57,863 nt of DNA from Piedraia hortae CBS 480.64 (taxonomy: Eukaryota). How positions within the stretch are numbered: the first letter of the stretch is position 1; every line of letters starts with the position of its first letter. Below the pieces are notes generated by a model. It was not told the DNA's origin. It did no database searches and saw only the letters and a program-made list of their open reading frames with translations. Positions 1-13,349 of the stretch are shown here, one piece after another. Position numbers and translations under genes: made by a program. The stretch is taken from positions 372,636-430,498 of the forward strand of contig MU005960.1 in the NCBI GenBank assembly GCA_010093745.1, in the 5' to 3' direction.

Positions 1-3000
1 CCGATGCAACCCAGACGTCGAGAATCCCCGTAAAGGAGGTTGCACGCCGAGCCGTGGATAGTCTTGCAATGACCAGACGTCGTCTGCACTGGGCCTGGAT
101 GAGTGTCGACCAATGCTGGAAATCCGCTCCAAGCGCGTAAGTGCGTCATCCTCTGCATCAATATCGGCAGCGGCATCGGCCTCAGCAGCAGCAGCCTCAA
201 CCTCAGCTGCAGCTGCAGTACCAGCATCCTACCATGGGGTCCATGGTTGTTACGGTGCTCAGAGGAAAAGGTTCAATAAGTCCCAGCAACGAGGACAATC
301 CAGACTGCTATCTATTGGGAAGCTAGGATGCTATAAACCAATCCAGAAGCGCCGTTCATTCGTGCGTGGTAGCGAGCGTAGCTATGAATAACTAGCAGGG
401 CGCGTCGGTGTATCAAATTCCCTGTGCGCTTAGGCTGCGCGGGTCGTCCCGCGCACACACAGCCTCGCCGTAACAATGGTAAGAGTCAACTGCGACGAAG
501 TGACGACTATGGTGGTCTGCTGGCGAGTCTCATCAGTGCCCTTATACCAAACCTGATAGCTTCAAGATGACGCACGACCCCTACAAAACAGGAAGAGTCT
601 GAGGCTTCCAACCTTAACTTCCCGCCTCACACAACGACACAGGAACGGGAATCTGGGGGTGTTCTCATGGAAATGATTGGCTCTTCGTCCCAGGTGGACG
701 ACATCACTTTTTGCAGTCCGGTTTGGATCAACAACTACGCCCTCATTCTTGGTTCCAAATTCACCTTTTTCAATTCCCATGATGACAACGTCGAGGGCAC
801 AGGCAGTATATACCGGCGATGGATCAAGAATATATCGGATAGACTTGTGTACAGGGCTTATTTCGACTGTAAGGGGAGGAAATACATAGTGTAGCGACTA
901 AAAGGTTTAGCTCTAACCAAATCGCCTCATTTTCTTCTTCCTCTCCCTCATTGAACGAGAGCTCTGTTCATCAGTGATATAACACGGCTTGACTCAAAAT
1001 AGAGATAATCCTCCCAAATCCAGCCTAGAGCATTATGCTCACCAGCTGTATCCTCTGTGCTTACAACAACCTTCAATCTTCCGGTCTGTTCTGATAAGCA
1101 GCGGCACCTCACAGGTGTGTCAGTATACACGCATATCTAGAGCTACACAAGAAAATTTCTGAGTACCCGAACCCTGGTCAGGCATGTGGGTCATCACCTG
1201 CGGATCGCTCCGTGGCGACATGCACGACACGGTCCATACCGCCAGAAAAATCATCTCGTGCGAAAAAGCGGAACGGCCCGCGCCCCGCACACCTCGAATT
1301 TTGGATTTCCCACTTCACACAAACACCACCTCTACATAATGGTGTTGAAATAGCACGCCTGATGCATTTCGGAAGGCCATGGGCAGACCTAATATGTACG
1401 CAGCCGTTCCGCCCTGGTGTTAAAACTCCAGCAAACAAACAAGCAAACAAACACTCGCCTCATACAAGCGAGGTTTGTGGTACCACTGATGGCGGATCCT
1501 CTGACTGATGAGGAGGGTGATTGTGCTTGTCCACCGGCCAGATCTTACGTGATGGACGACGGCGAGCTCGTTGGGCAGGTTCCACTCCGTCGCTCTGGTG
1601 TTTGCTGTCCTGCACCTCTCAGAGGGGTAGTGCGGTTGGTAACGCCATCAATGCAATAGGGACCTTTTTGCTTGGCTGCCTTCTTCGATGAGGAGGTGCC
1701 TATCAGGCAGAGTGGAAATGTCCACGCCGATTGCGGGCGCCAGCGATCTATCAGGCTAGGCTCCGGCACTGGGCACACACAGTCAAGGGAATGATCCTGT
1801 GATGGAAGGGAAGGCATCTATGGGTGGAAGCAGAATAGGCATCATGCATGAGAGAGAGTAGCTGTGTGGTTTTTGACGATCTTCTGGCACGTGGATGATA
1901 GAATTCTGATCACACTCCCTCCGCTCGAAGAGCAGCCTTATACGGGGATTTGTAAGGGAGAATATCCGTTTCCAATGGACATTGAGAGCCAGAAGGAATA
2001 TATAGTGGAATATGGACGAGCACGGCCTGGCCGTACAGATCCAAAAAGAGATCCACACATCGCATCCTTTACGCCGCTGAGAAACCCACTAGAGCGTGAG
2101 CAAGACTGAGAACCTCCACGACCCTCCGCCAAATTTTACACAACGAGCCGGGACAATAACTTCGAAAGGCGCAATCCTACAAATGACCGTCAAGGTAATC
2201 AAAAACTACCCTGGCCCAATCAGGCTTGTCCCCGCCCTGCCGGTCTTCAGCGCGTATCCACGTGTGGATTTCGACTCTCCACCAAGCTCGTCGATGTTGA
2301 AGAGGGTGTTACGAGCTATACTAATGAGTACTGCCAAAGGGGTTAATGACCAGCTTACTCTCGGACTGGAAACCGTAAATGGTGCACGAAGTTTGCGAAG
2401 CTGGACTCAAGGTCTTAATTGGAAAACCAAGATTTGGTCCCCGTTGCGTTGTTCCAATGGCGTAAGTGCTTCTGAGCAACATCCCGTCACACCTCTTGGG
2501 GAGTCTTGCCACACCGAAGGCGATGGCTCCTGGAGTGGGTAACCTCTGCGAGAGCAGTTCTCCACGAAGGTTGACGGGAAGCCGTCCTTTACAATGTGGC
2601 CTAGTCGCATATCAGGCAAAAGTCCGCAAGTTTCTGGAGCACTCGACTGCATTTCCAAACACACTTCGGGCCAGGTCGCGCGGGAAACAGAAGTTTCGAA
2701 AATTCAGCATGCTAATACCCTACACCCAAGGAGTATCTTCGTCGGTGATGGTCTCGTGTCCTTCGTGACCTCGTATCACAAATGACACGCGTGCACCTGA
2801 AAAATAAAGATCATTCACTGGTATCTTCCAGAGGAAGCGCCTTCGAAAGGCATCGTGAAGGCAAACTTCCCAAAGATGATTATAGTGAGGACGAAGCTAT
2901 CGAGTATGGCAAGGAAGCACGGTCGAGAGTCGGAGTGCGTTGTCTGCAACACAGTTCCCGAAACGCAGATTAGCGCCCTCGTCAGCGTTGAGGCCAGACA

Positions 3001-5309
3001 TCACGGATGCGGATGTCGTCGGCGTTGTGATGGGGCGTTTAGCCTGGGGGTTGCTATCACCTTGGTAGCAATCAGCATGACCAAGTGGTGCCTGAAATGG
3101 CGTCTGGGTGACATGACATAGAGAGTCGCAGAATCGAACAAGAAAGCCAGGGAAGCGAAGAGAAGGAATATAGCTGTGACAAATAGGACAACAGCAGTCG
3201 TGTGGGAACCGAGGACAACACAGAACCCCAACAAGAGATGTCCGGCCTCCCTCGCCCTCTGTTCGCGGCTTCCCACCTTACTTCTTCGTCACCTGCCCTT
3301 GACCCGCACCATCTCTCTGCTCATGACTCGTGGCCACTCGGCGCCGCCTCTTCTCACGGATACCCTCCCCAAATGCCGGCCGCCAAAGCACACATCAAGG
3401 CGTCTTTAGGCGCAATACACCATACAGGGCAGGCACGCTTGACGATAGCACGTAGCAGCGTCTTGCCAGAACTAAGGGTGTAATTTCCGGTAGCACTCCT
3501 GCCGAAAATTGCAACGAGGCCCGATTGAGGGCCCACATGATCCAGGTCGATAGAGTAGCCCACCGGCGTGTCTAGGAATCTGGCCCTCGTGTTGAACTGC
3601 GGACACTGAAGATACCAGTGGAAGCGTTCCAGCCACTGGCATAGATAATTCCAATTGCCAACAGACCATTTGACATCGCCCGGATCACTCCATTGTTACA
3701 GCATCGCAAAAGAGTTCATCGACCGGCGCATATGCAGGACAAGTGCCAAATCTGGTACGGGCTTGGCAATCTGACGCTCCCGTGGTACCCAGCCTCTACC
3801 CTTTGCGTGATGTGTCTAGCGACGTAAAGAACATTGCACAGATACCCACGTCATCACATGGCCCAACGAAGCATCTGCTACAAAGGACCCCACTCGTCAA
3901 CAACTTCCGACGCATCTCCAAGATCGCGACTCCAATGCATGTCCCACGCACCCCCAGTTCGTGGTCTTATTTACCCACAGTGCCCTCAGCATGGAGGAGC
4001 AATCGACGTCGTGATCGGTGGCAGGCTCGACTGCAGCACCAAAGTGGGCCAATGACTGGGCCACAAGGTGGTGGAAAACACAAATTCGTATAAATATTAA
4101 GACCCTCGGCAACATGAAGATTAGTCGACATATGCCAAATGACAACAAATTGACTAACAACGCTTGGAAGTTCATGGGCGCTCTCTTAGCCAAGAAGTTT
4201 AACCCCGCGACTTGATTTCTTGGGGCGCTGCACACTCAGATACGTTCTCCATTCACGTCCCTCGCATGCATGACTCCAGCACAGTCGGCATGACAAGTTC
4301 TGAGCCTTCTCTCTCCAACCGGCCAGTAGCGCCCCTCCATTCATCTGATCCAATTGAGCCCCATTTTCCACAGCTCCATAGTCTCCCAACATTAGATCAA
4401 GGCACTCCTCTAGTCAGACCTTTGCGGAAAATACGGTGGTCTATGATATACAGCACCGATATCTTCTCTCACGTCTCAGCTTTTTTCCAGTTATCGACAT
4501 CGCAGGCATAAGTGAGAGCGGGCATGGAACAAGGAGGACGTTTGGGCTAACGCTGAGAAAGCCGTTTTCCGAATGGAACCTGACGAGAGCCTGGCAAAAA
4601 CGCATCATGGACGTGTGGGATTTAGCGGCGCTGCGAGGCCAGCATGAAGACATCACAATCGATAATTTCGTGCAGAAAGCACCGGATCTTAACCCAGCCG
4701 GAAGCGACAAGAGCAAGGTGATTGGTGGAGACGTCCTATGCGACTTCGTCTCCGTGGCGCAGAAGCCGCCCAAGGCAGCTAGGACAAGGAGCGACAACGT
4801 AGAGATCCTCTTGTAAGCCTGAAATCCAATCTCAATACCAGCATCTATCGATGCTCAATGTATCTCAAAATTCTTTGAGTCTGTCAATAAGAACAATCAC
4901 GTCACCGTCAAAGTCGAAATGGAGAACTCGTCAACATTCAAGAGAAAAAGCAGTTGCTGAGAGCATGGTACGATCGAGTGCAGTCGATATGGCCGTCTGA
5001 TAGCCTTTGCTGTTTCTCCAGCTTGGGTTTGTTTGTCACAGTGTACTGTTCCTGGATGGAGAGCATTTAGAGCCAGATTGTATTATATAAAATTCAGCCA
5101 TTCGAGTAGTCTAAAGTGGACTCCGATTACATCGCTGTAATTTCGAATCTCGCTACAGAAATGGTCCAATCGTAAATGCTCAGCAGCAACGAAGTGAGGT
5201 GTCGTTTCATGTCAACCCTAACGAGCCCCGCACCACCCCACTCTTATCCGACCCTAACAAATCGCAGCGCACACATTAAAAAAACCGCAACGCTCCACTT
5301 CTACAAACT

Positions 5310-6080
5310 ATGCCCTGCCCTACAGCTCTCCGGCGCAGCTCCACGAGCGTCGCCCAGCCTGAGCCCACAGCAGCTATCCCCGAGCCCGAATCCGAATCCG
5401 CACCCGTATCCGCCGCTGTCGCAGCACCCACCACAACCAACGAAGTCAACATGCCCGACGTGGACGCCGACGCCGACGACGCCCCTAACGAAACAGTCTT
5501 CCCTCCTGAATCCCAAAGCAAACGCACCGCACACATCACCTCCAAGCGCAGCATACCCGTACCCCCTCACCGCTTCACTCCCCTGAAACGCGACTGGTCC
5601 AAGATCTTCACGGCACTAGTTGAGCACCTCCACCTCCAAGTCCGCATGCGTACCCATACCCGCAGCATCGACCTCCGTACAAGCCGCAAAACAACCTCAG
5701 CCGACGCCCTCCAACGCGGCGCGGACTTTGTGCAGGCATATTGTCTGGGCTTTGAGCTGGATGATGCGATCGCGCTGCTGCGGCTAGATGATCTATATAT
5801 CCAGACGTTTGAGATCAAGGATGTGAAGGCTTTGGAGGGGGAGCATTTGAGTCGTGCGATTGGTCGGATCGCGGGTAAAGATGGGAGGACGAAATTCGCG
5901 ATTGAGAATGCCACGAGGACGAGAGTTGTGCTTGCGGATCAGAAGGTGCATATTCTCGGCGCGTACAAGAATGTCAACATGGCGAAGACGGCGGTGGTGA
6001 ATTTAATTTTGGGGAAGATGCCAGGGAAGGTGCATGGTGATTTGCAAAAGATTTCGGCGAGGTTGAAGCAGAGGTTTTGA
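5310..6080 (+). CDS. PNO1: Pre-rRNA-processing KH-domain protein Pno1/Dim2
   Basis: 256-aa intronless ORF with characteristic PNO1 segments IPVPPHRFTPLK, ALLRLDDLYIQTFEIKDVK, HLSRAIGRIAGKDGRTKFAIENATRTRVVLADQKVHILG. Confidence 0.95.
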   Translation: MPCPTALRRSSTSVAQPEPTAAIPEPESESAPVSAAVAAPTTTNEVNMPDVDADADDAPNETVFPPESQSKRTAHITSKRSIPVPPHRFTPLKRDWSKIFTALVEHLHLQVRMRTHTRSIDLRTSRKTTSADALQRGADFVQAYCLGFELDDAIALLRLDDLYIQTFEIKDVKALEGEHLSRAIGRIAGKDGRTKFAIENATRTRVVLADQKVHILGAYKNVNMAKTAVVNLILGKMPGKVHGDLQKISARLKQRF

Positions 6081-6184
6081 GTGGGTGTTAGCTGGTGGTA
6101 TGGGGATAGGCGGACGCACGGACAAACGCACGGACAAACATAGATTCAAAATGAAAAGAAAAACGAAAACTTTTGTAATTCCCT

Positions 6185-9100
6185 CTACTTTGACTCCTCC
6201 TCTTTGCCCTCTTCGCTGCCCTCCTCACTACCCTCTTCACTACCCTCTTCACTACCCTCTTCACTACCCTCTTCACTACCCTCTTCACTACCCTCTTCAC
6301 TACCCTCTTCACTACCCTCNNNNNNNNNNCTTCACTACCCTCTTCACTACCCTCTTCACTACCCTCTTCACTACCCTCTTCACTACCCTCTTCACTACCC
6401 TCTTCACTACCCTCTTCACTACCCCCCTCACTCTCTTCCTCAACATCATCCTCAACATCGAACCCATATCCATCCTCAAACTCCGCCAACTCCCTGACTT
6501 GCGGGCTAAACCCCAAATCCTTGAAACCCTCCTCAAGCGAGTCACACAACCCCCTCGAGCACGTCACAACCCCATCCCCCTTCTCAAACAGCGGAAGGAA
6601 ATACTCCCTCATAACCTCCCTAACCTCCTCAGCCTTAACATCCTTAACCCGAGCCAAAAACTCCTTATTCCACTCCCTCCCCACCCCCTTAACAACAGCA
6701 AGCGTATACCCCGTAAACGCCGCATGCGCGAAGCTAGCCTCCGCCTTCGCGCTTCCATACACAATCTCCGAAACCGCGCCCTGCAGCGCCGCGGGATCGA
6801 GTTCCTCCTCCCCCATAGCGAGACGTCGGATGGCGTCCTTTGCGAGGATGAAGGCTTTGCATGCGTTCGGGGAGCGGTAGATTGAGAGTTCGACTTGGCC
6901 CGTGAGAGGGAGGGCATGGCTGCTTACACCGTAGGCGAGGCCGCTTCCTCGGATTGAGACGGATAAGGGACCCTCAATTGTGTTGAGGTAGGTTGTTGCG
7001 ACTTTGATGGCAGGTATGGAGGGGTGGGTTAGCCCCTCGGGGCCGGTGCCGCGGAGGTAGAGGTAGCTGCTGTCTGAGGAGGGGATGGGGATGATTTGGA
7101 GGGTGTGGTCCGGGTTTAGAGCCGCGGGGGTAAGATATGAGGTGCGGAGGTTGGGGATGGGGGGTGGTGGGGAGGGGGAGGTGAAGGATTTCCAGGCTGA
7201 CACTGCCTTGGGCAGACGGGTGATGTTCCCGGCGACCATGATGCGGATGTTGGAGGGGTTATTGAGAATTGTGTAGAGTTGATCGACCAGGGAGATGACT
7301 TCGTCGGGGGAAATTTTGAGTAGTTTTTTGATGTGACGGAGGTATTTGGACTTGGAGAGCGTGTTTTGGGCACGTCGGGCTGAGGTGCTTTTGAATTGCA
7401 TCATGGTCATGGTGGATGAGGCCATCGAGTCACCGTCTCGCTTGGCGTCGGGAATGTCGGCGAGGATTTTAGAGAGAGAAGAGTCGAGTCTTTCTACTTC
7501 GTGGATTGGGTTATAGAGTAGAGCGTGCAGCCAGGATATGACCGTTTCATACCTCTCCGGCTCGGTCTGGAAGGATATGGTGATCAATTCTGAGTGTACC
7601 CGCATTCCATCGGCTGCAAAGTAGACGGTCTCCCGTTCGAGCTCACGTACAACCGTGTCGTAGTCAACCCTTTTGCTATCTTTGGTGACCGACGTTGTGA
7701 AGAAGTTTGTGAGATATAGATTCAGCAACGGCTTGAGGTGAACGGGAACCGAATCGGTAGAAATGTCAATATGGAAGTGGACAAAATTGGACGGCATGTG
7801 TTCAAAGTGGATGAATACGTTGTCATCGTTCTGTTTGTCAATCGTCTCTTGAATCTCATTCTTCCATCTGCCTGCTCTCCCGGCACCAGCCGATGTTGTT
7901 GATATGAAGTGAATCGAGCCTGTCTGTGGAATAGGGAATTTATCAAATAGCCCCGGAGGAATGGGTGGCTTCTTGTTCTCTGCCTTGGCATCCTCTAGCT
8001 TTTTGGCAAGCCTGTTCAGCCCTATCTGGCCCAGTCTTTCCTTTTGTGCCTCGACTCTTTCTTTTTCTTTGGCTGTTGAGCTCCTGGCCAGCTCTTTAGA
8101 TGGAACTCCCAAAACGCTAACGTGGTGTGCATCTGCGAGCCACTTCTTGAGAAACGCCTGCCAATCCCGGGTGGTCCACTCCATCAACTTGTCATAAACA
8201 TCCAGGTTGCCCAGTTGTAACAATTCCGAGCCATCGCGTTTGCCAAAGAGATGGTCCTCAAGAATGTTAGTCATGAAAGGGCCCGAGCCCTCGGTACTGG
8301 ACACAATCGTTCTTCTTGTCCGCAAGATGCAATCATGCAGGTAGTTCAAGTCAAAGTCCCCCTCGGCAGCTTGCTTCAAAAGCTCGAAGAATCTGCTTTC
8401 CACCTTTTCCAGCTGGTCAGTCTCGATGGATGAAAGCGTGAAAGTGATTAGGGCGTCAGTCCGTGTGTCTAAGTATGCATCCACTGAGCTGCAGAGCTGT
8501 TCTTGTTGTACGAGTACGTTCTGCAAGAGGGCAACAGGTGACTCAGAGAGGTAGGTATTGATAATATCTAGGGCTGCATTGCCGACCTTGTCATGATAAG
8601 GAGGACCGAGGAAACCCACGATGATGGAGCCCATGGATTCGTCTTCTTCCGGAAATGGCACTTTGGACACAACCGTCTTTTGCAGTGGCGGAGTGGGATC
8701 TGACTCGATCCAAGGACGCTTAAACCATTCAACAGAGAAAGGAAACTCTGAGGACTGTTCGAATCGTTTGACAATCCTCAGCAGGTCTTCGTGATCGACC
8801 TCTCCTGTGACGATCAAGCGTATATTTTTGGCCTGGTACATTGCTTTATGAAACTCCCGGATACGGTCATTGGTAAGGCTTCTCAACTGCTCCGGCATAC
8901 CACCCGTCTCGTAACGGAAGCCGATGCCTGGAGGGTATACCAAGCGTCGAAGTTGTAAATCCATAATCTCCACCGAATCACTCTGCACGCCTTGCATCTC
9001 AGAGTAAACGACGCCAGCATCCTCACCGTTTCCGTCAACGTGATAGACCTCGGTGTAGCAGGAAGAGTCTTTCAGAGTGGGCTGAGCCAGGTAATCGAGG

Positions 9101-9495
9101 TAGACTGGTAAGACGTTGGCAAATGCTTCCCACCCCGCACTGTCTAGGGTGTAGGCGGTGTGGTCAACAGCCGTCCACGCGTTGGTTACTGAATACTGTC
9201 TGCTGGCAAGCTTGTCTAGGAAACCACTGTATGGATACTTCTCGGAGCCAGTGAAGCAAAGATGTTCGAGGGTGTGGGGGGCGCCGGAATCATCGTGGAT
9301 TTCTGTTGCCAGAGCAAACGTACCAGAGACGATTGGACCGGGGTGGTCAACGATTGCAATACGCATACACGTCCGCTCGGACTCGTACTGGGTGATGTTG
9401 ATGGGAGCATATTGGACCGGAAAGCTTTGCACCAGCTTGAAGCCAAGCTTCTCCATTGTATCTGGTGACACGTGGGATTTTTGGGACTCGTCCAT
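6185..9495 (-). CDS. M16-family zinc metallopeptidase (SDD3/YOL098C-like) with acidic (GSEE)n tail; spans an assembly gap
   Basis: Inverted HxxEH motif (DSGAPHTLEHLCF), NAWT, GVVYSEMQG, IRGSGLAYG. The 10-N gap shifts the frame in the ORF track. Staying in the GSEE frame gives ...GSEEGKEEESK* with TAG at 6187-6185. Confidence 0.85.
6208..6432. repeat. 12-bp coding minisatellite (CTCTTCACTACC)n = (GSEE)n, at least about 15 copies, interrupted by an N gap at 6320-6329
   Basis: Direct reading of the sequence. Confidence 0.95.
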
Positions 9496-10160
9496 TTTAC
9501 TCTAAAAAATGGAAATACCTCTAAACTTGGTCAAAACGATCGTCAGTGTGTGTGTACTTGGTAATGTGCAGGTCGCCTTTTGCGTGCTTATGTAATCCAG
9601 GCCCCGCGCCGTGACGGTCCGCGTTATCAGGCCATCTAGGCGTTTGCCTTTGATACGCTGCTTTCAGGTGACGCTTCCAGGTGACAGCAGCCCGTGTTTG
9701 TCTGACAGTTGACTACCTCGCAGCCTGCTGCAACATGTAGAACATATAACTGTATAACCAATTACTACCCGACAGCATTCCCCAATTACGTAGACATGGT
9801 AGCTCCGTCAACGACTCACTTGCATCCAGCCCAATGACTTCACGCCGTCCATCCTCCAAGACCATGACGTGTCACGCCCATGACAATCACAAGCCACACA
9901 ATCCGGCTTTTGCAACGCAGATATGTATTCTCCCACATGTTCATTGTCCCGTCCCCAAGAATAGAAACAAAAGCAGCAACATCATAAGCTCCCACCCTCT
10001 CTTTACTTCCCACCCCTCCCTTTATTCCAATCCTGCCTTGTTTCACTTTGAAGGAACCTTGCTCAGGGAACCTGCATAACCATAAAACGACCCGTAACAC
10101 AATCCACCCCTGTCATTCTTTCCTATTAACACCACCGCGTCAGCGATCCTGCCCATCGCA

Positions 10161-11860
10161 ATGCAAAGCGGCCCAGCGTCTCCCAAGCCCGCTCCCAGCG
10201 CAAGCGGGAGCGGGAGCAAGATGAAACACGTCAAGAAACCGGACGGCATCCCTCTCTGGCGCGCCGATATCCAATACGACTTCCTCCACGCAGTCTTCCA
10301 CGACCAGACAAGATGCTTCCACAAGCCGCGACGGCATCGCTCTCCCGAAGACGAAACCGAAAAATTTACCTTTGCGCAAATCTACCTCGACGCAATGGCG
10401 AGCAGCAGCAAATGCAGCAAGCTCCTCAAAGAGAAACTCCTAAGCCCAACAATCCCGACCAGCGGAAGCGAGCAGGCAACTTCACCCCCCTCTAGCTGCG
10501 AAGCAAAACTCGCAATGGCGATGGTGTGCTTGCTGATAAACATCGGTCGGATGAACACGACATTGAATTTCTTCCCCCAGATGCGCGCGCAGCTGAGGAC
10601 ATATCATTCTATCCCATCATTACAGGTTCACGGTGCGGATTCACCTGTCCGTGGTGGACCTACGAGCGTGCCTTCTACCCCTAATAGTTCGAATTACAAA
10701 CAACTCCAAGACGCGCCGAGGTTGAAGGCGATTTTGAAAGGTTGTGTGGAGGATGAACCGACTCCGACTTCTCTTGAAGACTTACTCAGTATTACAACAA
10801 AGCCGCGCACAAATGCGGTCAATTTGGTTTTCATACTAGCGCAGTTCGCTCCGCGGGTTACGGAGCTGCATTTTCCCGCGGGGATCGAGTTCTTTGATCT
10901 GATTATGCGGAGGGATTTAGAGAGTAGAAGTCGCGCGAGGGCTTTTCTGTGGTTGATTTGGTTCTATCTTGAGGGTGGGGATGAACAGTCGTTGACTAAG
11001 AAGCCGTTTGGGTCTGGACAACATGTCCCTGAGTTGAGGGTTCTTTCAGAGGAAGAGGCGGCTCGTGAGAATGTCGATACGGCTGAGGAGATTGCTTACG
11101 GAGAGAGGAAGAGAGAGGAACGGATCGCTGTCCTCGCTACTGAGCCTAGTCCTGCAATGACTGCGTTGAATAGGGCCAGGAGGGAAAAGGCTGCGATGCT
11201 GAATGAGATGCATTTGCCCCTTTCGGAGGATGATGGAATGGGTGTTTCAACTCGTTCGCCTTCGCCAGCGGTTGGGGCTAAGGGGGGTAAGGTAGGTGAT
11301 GTTGTGTTTGAGGCGGTTACGACTTCGCCGCTGAGACAAACGAAGACTGTTAAGAGGAGACCGCCGGCGAGGAAGGAGGTGAGTTGTTATGGCCTTGGGG
11401 GATTGATCACGGTTAATGGTCACAGGAAGAGTTGGGAGGTCTGCCTTCTTCGCCTTCAGCGGCGGGTGGGAGCATTCCTAAGCGGAAAACCCCAGCTGTG
11501 GCTAAGAGATCGTCAGAAGTTAATTCCATCTTGTCGGCTCGTCTAGAGTCCATTTATCGCGTTGCGAAGAGACAAAGGGATAGCTCTACCGCGATAAAGA
11601 GGGCGTTCAGGCGGCTGAAGAAGCTGCCGAGTGATTACGATTCCGAGGAGGAACGTATCAAAAGGTCAGCTGCCGACAATGGCGATGCGCCCAACACGCA
11701 TGTCCTTCTCGGTGGACTGGGGAGGGTTGAAGGCGAGGAGAACGACTACGGAGAAGAGGCACATTACATTTCAGACACGTTTCGACGATCACGCCTCGTC
11801 TTGGAAAGGGAGTACAACGAATGGGACGATAGATTACCGCAGCACATGTACCATCAGTGA
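10161..11860 (+). CDS. IES1: INO80 complex subunit Ies1-like protein; 2 exons (10161-11378, 11426-11860), 550 aa
   Basis: KKPDGIPLWRADIQYDFL, LINIGRMNTTLNFFPQMRAQLRTYHSIPSLQ, KQLQDAPRLKAILK, SRARAFLWLIWFYLE. A 47-nt GTGAGT...CACAG intron joins the two ORFs in frame. Confidence 0.85.
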
Positions 11861-11913
11861 GAGACATTCATAACTTAGGATTCATGACGGCTAATGACTA
11901 GGATTCCCGTAGC

Positions 11914-12233
11914 TTAATCCGTGCTCTTGTCCAGCGCAGTCGGCTTGTCCTTGATGGGGAGGTCGGTGCCCGTGGTCGACTTGTACTTTCCACGGATGAA
12001 GTCAGAGATCTGCTCGTCCTTGGCCTGCTCAATGGCCGATTCGTTGTTCTGGGGGCCCTGGCCGAGCACCTTCTCCTGGAACATATCGACACCTCGACTA
12101 AAGTCAGCAAAGAGCAACACTGCAAAGCAACAAACTACTCACCCTTGTCAAGCATGTCCTCGTTTTTCTCGCTCTCGGGGCCACCGCCGGCGGCATTGTT
12201 GGCCTTGTTCATGGTATTCTTGAGGAAGTCCAT
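11914..12233 (-). CDS. Small hydrophilic conserved fungal protein (often annotated DDR48-like); exons 12233-12143 and 12092-11914, 89 aa
   Basis: MDFLKNTMNK...EDMLDKG|VDMFQEKVLGQGPQNNESAIEQAKDEQISDFIRGKYKSTTGTDLPIKDK. 50-nt intron with GTGAGT donor and CTGAC branch site. Confidence 0.75.
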
Positions 12234-12681
12234 CTTGATTCAGTTTCGTGTGTGGTGTGTGTGTAGGAGAGAAGAAGGAAGTTGGTTCTGCCTTCTGAAG
12301 AGGGGCAGCTAGTGATGTATGTGGCGGGGTAAGCGCTCAGGGGGGACAAGTTTGAGGCTGTGCACGTGGTGTTGACTGGCCTGATTGGCTGCATTGCCGC
12401 GTTCTAGCCAGAGACATGTGAATGGCAAGCATTATCCATCCATGCTCTTAGTGACTGAGATCATGTCTTCCCGAGAACCTGTCACTGCAGTGGCCACAAT
12501 CATGTCTTACTGTACAACCTTGTAGTAACTGCAGTAATCTCAAACACCTGTCTCCGTAATTGACATCTGCCATTCCCACGTGGAACGTTCTTCCACGTTG
12601 CAACACAAGCGCACAGACCATTTCAACCTCTCACTATATCCAAACCCACCACGAAGTGTCCCTCCCCCCGAAGAAGCAAAA

Positions 12682-13349
12682 ATGTCCCCAAGAAGCACCC
12701 TTCTCCTCCTTTTAACTCTCCTCCTCGCCCTCGTCTCCCCCGCAGCGGCCGAAGGGCGGGGCCCAAAGATCACAAACAAAGTATTCATGGACATAACCCA
12801 CGATGGGAAACCCATGGGCCAAATCGTAGTAGGCTTGTATGGAAAAACCGTGCCAAAAGTACCCTCTCCTCCTAACCCTCCTCTTCTCCCCTGACGGAAT
12901 CCCAGACAGCCCAAAACTTCCTCCAATTGTCCCTCCTCCCCCCCGGGTCAGGCTACGCGAACTCGACCTTCCACCGCGTAATCAAAAACTTCATGATCCA
13001 AGGCGGGGACTTCACCAATGGTGATGGAACCGGTGGAAAATCCATCTACGGCGCCAAATTCCCAGACGAAAACTTCAAACTCACACATCGGAAGAAGGGG
13101 ATTTTGTCAATGGCTAATTCGGGGAAAGATACGAATGGCTCGCAGTTTTTTATCACCACGGCGGTGACGAGCTGGTTGGATGGGAAACATGTTGTTTTTG
13201 GGGAGGTGTTGGAGGGATATGAGGTTGTGGAGAAGATTGAGGACGTGGCGAAAGGGAGGGGCGATAAGCCGTTGAAGGATGTGAGGATCGAGAAGTGTGG
13301 GGAGGTGGAGATGGGGAAGGATGAGGAGAGTATGAGAGCTGAGTTATAG
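12682..13349 (+). CDS. ER cyclophilin B (peptidyl-prolyl isomerase); exons 12682-12858 and 12906-13349, 206 aa
   Basis: Hydrophobic signal peptide, [59 protein letters not shown]-terminal RAEL. 47-nt intron. Confidence 0.93.

Noticed and set aside
6208..6432. CRISPR-like array
   Set aside because: Head-to-tail 12-mers with no spacers, inside a eukaryotic CDS.
6085..6885. 266-aa + strand ORF with (HYPL)n/(FTTL)n repeats, and the RVVK tail of the 1135-aa ORF
   Set aside because: These are antisense or alternative-frame readings of the GSEE minisatellite, with a frame change caused by the N gap.
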